Shown piece by piece: positions 57,506 through 64,000 of a stretch of 64,000 nucleotides of DNA (position 1 is its first letter; each line of letters opens with the position of its first letter). Source of the stretch: Octopus vulgaris. Its lineage: Eukaryota. The position numbers were made by a program, and so were the translations under genes. The notes beneath the pieces are model-generated. The model saw only the letters and a program-made list of their open reading frames with translations, did no database searches and was not told where the DNA came from. The DNA lies in NCBI GenBank assembly GCA_951406725.2, contig OX597818.1, positions 33,790,001 through 33,854,000 of the forward strand. The letters run 5' to 3'.

Positions 57506-58790
57506 TATGCTAGAAATAGACGTCAAACTTGCCATTTACCACGAAGAATGTGTTCTCAAGAAAAAATTCAGCAAAGAAACAAAGTGTAAAAATAAGCAAG
57601 ACAAATGAAAATATACGAAATAAAAAACGATTACCTATGTACTAAATAGTTTCACTTGTTAATATTTACGTATATGGATACGCAACATCTGCGATTTTGA
57701 CGTCTATTTCTAGCATACAGGCTGTCCACTATTAGTGGTCATTCCTCTAAATTTCGGATTTTTTTTAAAATATGCTAGGCCACTGGTTTTCATTGATTAA
57801 TATCAATTTTTACCCTTATTTAATTTTATACATAAATATGAGAGAGTGACCACTATGAGGTTCACTCTAGTGCTAAAATAGATCCGCTAATGGTATAGCC
57901 ACTAAAAGTTGTTTCCAAGAAGAAATACCACTACATTTAACGTAAGGTAAGTGAAATATAACGAAAAAAATATATATAACGAAAAAAATAGATAAATAGA
58001 TATCTATTTTTTTCGTTATATTTCACTTAACTTACGTTAAATGTAGTGGTATTTCTTCTTGGAAACAACTTTTAGTGTCTATACCATTAGCGGATCTATT
58101 TTTAGCACTAGAGTGAACCACATAGTGGTCACTCTCTCATATTTATGTATAAATTTGTATTTTATCACTTGGTTTTTATGTGCTAAGCCACTTGGTATAA
58201 AATTGATGGTATTATTAAATTAATATCAAATTTTTCACCCTCATTTATAAACTTATTTAATTTTAAATAAAAATTGTTCCCTAACCGGTAAATTAACTGC
58301 TGTAGTTTATTAACTGCAGAGTAATTTCCGATTTCAGCGCGCCAGAGTGAAGGCATTTGAAAGATACACATAAATATAATTTGTGGAGTTTTATACACGC
58401 TGGATTTCGGTCGAGAGCCCTGTATCTAGTTCTAGAATTTGTATTTCGTAAACGACAGACTATGCTGACGATCTTGCAGATGTTTGCGTATCAATATACG
58501 TAAATATTAACAAGTGAAACTAATTAGTACATAGGTAATCGTTTTTTATTTCGTATATTTTCATTTGTCTTACTTATTTTTACACTTTGGTTTTTTGCTG
58601 AATTTTTTCTTGAGAACACATTCTTCGTGGTAAATAGCGAGTTTGACGACTATTTCTAGCATACAGGATGTCCACTATTAATGGTCATCCCTCTAAATTT
58701 TGTATGTATAAAATTTTTAATCTTTGTATTATTTTTTTAAATATGCTAGGCCACTTATTTTAATTGATTAATATCAATTTCTACCATTAT

Positions 58791-58800
<10 letters not shown>
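57506..58800 (+). mobile_element. Composite non-autonomous PLE/retrozyme-like element with a nested sister element
   Basis: Inverted arm 57506-57693 vs 58474-58663; direct repeat 57696-57828 vs 58642-58800; internal palindrome 57825-58153; ends in (TA)n. Confidence 0.8.
58460..58534 (+). ncRNA. Type I hammerhead ribozyme with an extended stem II
   Basis: CTATG-CTGACGA-T-CTTG-CAG-ATGTTTGCGTAT-CAAT-ATACGTAAATAT-TAA-CAAG-T-GAAAC-TAATTA-GTA-CATAG: stem I CTATG/CATAG, palindromic stem III ACTAATTAGT, GUA triplet. Confidence 0.9.
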
Positions 58801-58841
<41 letters not shown>

Positions 58842-59914
58842 ATAAGCGGTGCAAGTAATGTCTCACTAATTGCATAAAGGAATACTTAAATTATAATTTG
58901 TTTTGTGTATGTGTGTTCACTAACGTAAATAATTGAGTCGCACTCTTCTTGTAATACACAGTAAAACGTTGCAAGATCAACAAGTTACAAGATTATAAGA
59001 ACAAATTTATTTTAGCAGATCACAAATATTCCAGTCGTAGCTTTTCTAACTTGACAGCAAGCAAAGACATCAATTATGTAATCTTAATGACGTTCATGTT
59101 CCAAAGATGACTCAACGGCTATGTTCCCGCATTAGGTAATCTGTCTTGACACAACGCTGATTACATAACATTGTTAATACGAGCTAAAACACGGAGGGAT
59201 CATTCAACTTGCGCAACTGCGACTTGTAGACTGCAAAATGGCCAAAGTGTTATTATTAGATCTAGGGACACCAGTTTAAGATGCAGATCATTATATTGTC
59301 ATGTTTCTTATAAGTTGAAATATTAATATTAAATATCACGTGCAATTCATTAAGACAGAACTGAATCTGAGTATTTTCCGTTTAGCCTTTATCGTTTAGT
59401 TGATTCAGTCATTGGATTGCGGCCACGCTGATGCACCACCGCCAAGGACTTAATCGAACAAATCGACTCTGGTGACTATTTTTGAAATCTAATAATTTTT
59501 CTATCATTCTCTCCTTTTTTTGCCGACCCGCTATGCCACGAGGATGTAAACAATCCAAAGCTGGTTGTTAAGTGATGAGGGGAACAAAAACGCAAAGTCT
59601 CACACACATACACACATATATCTATATGCACATACATACGCATGTATATGCATATATATACGACGAGCTTCTGTAGAGTTTCCGCTTGCCAAATTCATTT
59701 AAGAGGCATTGGTTGTCCCTGTCTTAGAGTAGCAGATATTTTCGCAAGATGCCGCGCAATGAAACTGTACTTGAAACTACGTGGTTGGAAAACGAGCCTC
59801 TTAACCAGGCAGCTAGCTATTTCCAAATGAATTCAAATAAATTATTGAAATATAAACTGCAGTATTATAGTCATTTATATATCTATATATATCGCTACTC
59901 ACTAAATCTTTTTT

Positions 59915-60085
59915 TTATTTTCTCTCTCTGTTTATTTCTGTTCCTTTCTGTTGAAGAGTATAAGCTCGAAACATAAAAGACTTTCTCACTTCCCGAGCGT
60001 TAAACTAATATATCTGTTTAGTTTGTTGTTTACATACACGTCTTCGTCTTTTGCTTTATTTATTTTTGTAAATTTCAACTATATA
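59915..60085 (+). mobile_element. Penelope-like element terminal fragment ending in (TA)n
   Basis: Reverse complement of the 2392-2520 terminus; contains TTGAAGAG..GCTCGAAAC. Confidence 0.7.
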
Positions 60086-60188
60086 TATATATACATACAT
60101 ACATATGGGTGTGTGTGTTTCTTTGTATGTGAATATGTATGTATGTGTCCATGTGTCTATTTGTATGTACATATATTTCTATGTGTGT

Positions 60189-60228
<40 letters not shown>

Positions 60229-61732
60229 CTGCCTGAGTAAGCGTGCACGTATTGTTTCAGTTTGGCGTTGTTGGGGACTACAACTTAATGTACTGCAGAT
60301 GTTTCGAACATATCCAAGAAACAGAATGTCTCTAGCAGGATTCAGATGCATCGCCTACATAAATGGAGAGTGTGAGAGGAGCAACGAGAGTATACAACCG
60401 ATCCCCTAGATGGACATAAAATGACAACCATTATAGTGACCAGACGTGTTACTCCCGTTTTCATAATCCTTATAAAATGTTTAAACTAATAAAAACTTTA
60501 TTAAGGCATATCGTTTCCCTTCTCTTGCTCACACTAAGCAAATCTAAGATGTCTTAGCTTTAGTACTTTGCTTCAGTATCTTTTTTCTTAGCTTTAATAT
60601 CTTTGTTAAGGTAAATATATTGAAATACTCATGAAGCTTATAGTCTTTATAACTTTACAGAACACAACAATTATTATACCGGGTTTAATTATCTGGTGAT
60701 AAATAATCCTTTCTACTAAAGGCACAAGGCCTGAAATTTTGTGGGAGAGATCTGGTCGATTACATCGACCCAGTGTTTCACTAGTACTTAATTTATCGAC
60801 CCCGAAAGGATGAAATGCAAATCGACCTCGGTGGAATTTGAACTCACAACGTAGCGACGGGCGAAATATCGCCAAGCATGTTGCCCGGCGTGCTAACGTT
60901 TTCATGCATTTCTTTTCGGTTTGGAAACTCTTAACCTAGTTCGAATGACCATTCATAACGCTATCGGGATAACCAGTCTCTTATGAAGCTTTAAAGAATC
61001 GCCTTTGTTTATTTTTCATTTAATAGCCATCCTTTGTATAGCGTTTTTGTATTCCATGTGAAATTCTTTTTCTAAAGATTTGTCTGAAATCGAATAATTT
61101 AAACTAAATAACCGTGAAAAGACGATTTACGTGATGATGTGTGATCCCAGATTTTTCTAGTCCACGTAACACAGGTTGTTATGACACTATTTACTATGCT
61201 CTAATAAATTTTCAGTGAGTCACATCCTTTTATTATTTACCCAAAGAAAGATCAGATGTCGTTGACGTACAATGTTATTCATTAGACATGGAAACACAGG
61301 GAAACTTTTTTCGCTTCTTGTTTCATGCTAGTCGCTATTCTTATGTTTATGTTTCATTAACGACACAGCATATTTATGGCTACAATCATCCTTCTATTTA
61401 TTTTGGAAACGTTTGTGGTCTTTGTTTTGCAGCCTCATTAACCTCTATGGGGTGGCGTGTACCTTTCTTTTTAATATTACAATGCCGTTATCAAGTAATA
61501 TTGTACGATTGGATTTAACAGATTCACTTGGTTTGTCATCTGAACTATCTCTTATCAATAGCAATTGAGTGATGACTTCTGTCATTTCCAGAAGTTTGTG
61601 TTGTAATTTCATCAACACTCAATCCGTATAAAATCACTTAACCTGAAAAAAGCAAGGCATTGCATTCTGCCGTGAATGAATTTTGATCTTGATTAATCCT
61701 TTACATTCTTCTCTCTATCTCTCTCTATCTTT

Positions 61733-61956
<224 letters not shown>

Positions 61957-62414
61957 TTCTAATCCTGATTTATGATTGTTTATTTTCAAACAAGAATTAG
62001 CTAGATAAACTACAATGTAATTCTCTTTACAATTACTGTAATTTTAAAACAGATTACTATTGATAACTTGCTAAAAATGAAGAGGTTTATATTTATATAC
62101 ATACTATCAATATTAACATGACTGTTTTGTATCATTTATTGTGTATCATTCATTATTATGTATTATTCATATTATGTATTATGATAATGCAGTGTTGACT
62201 TTAACAATATAAATATTGTTATAATTAGTAAATAAATGCATAACGCAAGTGAATGATCTCATTCATGTTTATCCGACTATATCTGAGATATAATCATAAT
62301 AGTAAAATAAATTCCATTGAATTCGGAAAGCTGTTTTCATTGATTTTTATGTATTAGACAATTCACTACTACGCTTATAGATTCACAAGTTTACCTGCAT
62401 TTTCTGTAACCAGG

Positions 62415-63367
62415 CATTTTAAATGAGATGGGACCCTGACAAATACCATGGGTAAAAGCGGGTATTCAATTTGTTGGTGAGTTCCAGGCCATGATTGACA
62501 ATGATCCTTTCAAGTCAGTCAGGTCCATCACCAGGAACATGGCCGTGTCTGATTTTCCTATCAGGCAAGTTGTGCATGAAGACGTTCGGTATTCCTCATA
62601 CAAGATAATAAAGAAACAATTTTTATCCCAAGCCTTCAAGGACAAAAGAATAAACCACGTTACGAAGCTTTTGAACAAATTCAAGCATCCCCTCCAACCG
62701 AACATTCTTTGGGTTTTCTCAGACGAGAAAAATTTCTACCAAGATTAGACGGTGAACACACAGAACAACCGTTGGCTTGCCGTGATCCTAAAACATGTAC
62801 CAAGAGTGATAAAAATCAAACATCCAATCAACATCATCGTGTTTGGAGTGATTACTAACGATGGCGACGTTATGCCTCCATTCATCTTCCAACACGGCCT
62901 TAGACTCAACACGAAGGCCAACATCAAGTGCCTGGAGGAGGTAGTGCTGCCTTGGGTCACAAGGGTTGTTGCTAGAAGACCCAGTCATGGCTCTCAGACA
63001 ATTTCTGCAACCACATCACCCTTAAGATCTGGCCACCTGACTCCCCAGACTGCAACCCCCTTAATTATTATGTGCGGGGCACAGTTGAGCGAGAGACCAA
63101 CAAAACTCCTTGTAACACCAAAGATGAACTGAAGGTAAGGATTATGGCAGCATTCACCATCTTAAACGAGGTGACCCTCCAGAAAAGTTGCAAAACATTC
63201 CAAAGCCTGTCTGGAGGCCGTGATTGAAGCCAATTGTGATTTTATCAAATGAATTTACTCTTTCAAGATATTTTTTGTAATTTTGGCAAATATATCAGTT
63301 AAAATGAGATGTCATTGTTATTTTCATTTTTGCGTAATTTAGACAATTTATTCACAACACGCTGTTT
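62415..63367 (+). mobile_element. Decayed Tc1/mariner-superfamily transposase (maT/DD37D-like)
   Basis: Peptides WVFSDEKNF, NTQNNRW, KHP..IIVFGVI..DG and WPPDSPDCNPLNY; internal stop codon, deletion of the QQD.AP.H motif, frameshifts. Confidence 0.85.
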
Positions 63368-63454
63368 ATATATGTATATATATATATATATATATACATA
63401 CATACATACATACATACATACATACATACATACATACATACATACATACATACA

Positions 63455-63860
63455 TAAAAGCAAGGTATACTGGTGGAACATCCCGATAAAATCACTAATT
63501 CGGTGCAAACATAACAGACTTGATATTGTTCTGTGGGACAGGGAACAAAAAATATGCACTGTTGCAGGGATCAGCTGCCCAGCGGATGTGACTGTACAAT
63601 GAAAAGTCGAAGAGAAAAAGAGTATTTATGGAGAAGTAACGCGGAACTTACAGCTCTTCTGTACCCTGAATATGAATTCTCGTCTGTACTTTTCATTAGA
63701 GATGTATTAGATTATGTACGTCGAAATACGCACAAATCCTAGAAATATTCGGTTTCACGGATAAAGAGCTAAAGAAACTGAAGCGGATTCTCCAAATCCA
63801 ATCTAATAGTGGCAGAGGGAAGACTATAAGACATTCCAAAAATTCTTCGTGTGAAGTTTT
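63455..63860 (+). pseudogene. Decayed RLE-type (R4/Dong-like) LINE endonuclease fragment
   Basis: Peptide YWWNIPIK...RCKHNRLDIVLWDREQKICTV..ISCPAD, then EEK..IYGE..RNLQLFYPEY. Confidence 0.7.
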
Positions 63861-64000
63861 TTTATTTGAATAGAAGCACTCAATTGGGTGTTTGCATCGA
63901 CAGTTCAACTAACACACAAACTCGACCACATATTTACAAGCACCAGGAACTCTCTTAAATCAAAACATCTTGTCGCTTTGTTAGCGACCGGCTACATCCA

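Overview
AT-rich, microsatellite-dense eukaryotic DNA with no recognisable host gene; the SINE families and repeat density suggest an octopus (cephalopod) intron or intergenic region (inference). Most listed ORFs are microsatellite artefacts ([12 protein letters not shown]). Supported features are three tRNA-derived SINE families, a 5'-truncated CR1-type LINE whose 3' end matches one SINE tail, R4/Dong-type RLE LINE fragments in (TTA)n tracts, Penelope-like (PLE) fragments, a decayed maT/Tc1-mariner transposase, and mariner, hAT and Tigger MITEs. The main hidden signal is about a dozen type I minimal hammerhead ribozyme (HHR) motifs, plus several decayed ones, on both strands. Five have intact CUGANGA/GAAA cores, five have a compensatory U3-A8 core, and most have a palindromic stem III. 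They lie in small non-coding elements with inverted 5' arms or partial tandem repeats, mostly next to (TA)n. This looks like a multi-family system of non-autonomous Penelope/retrozyme-like ribozyme retroelements. All folds were made by eye and no activity is demonstrated.
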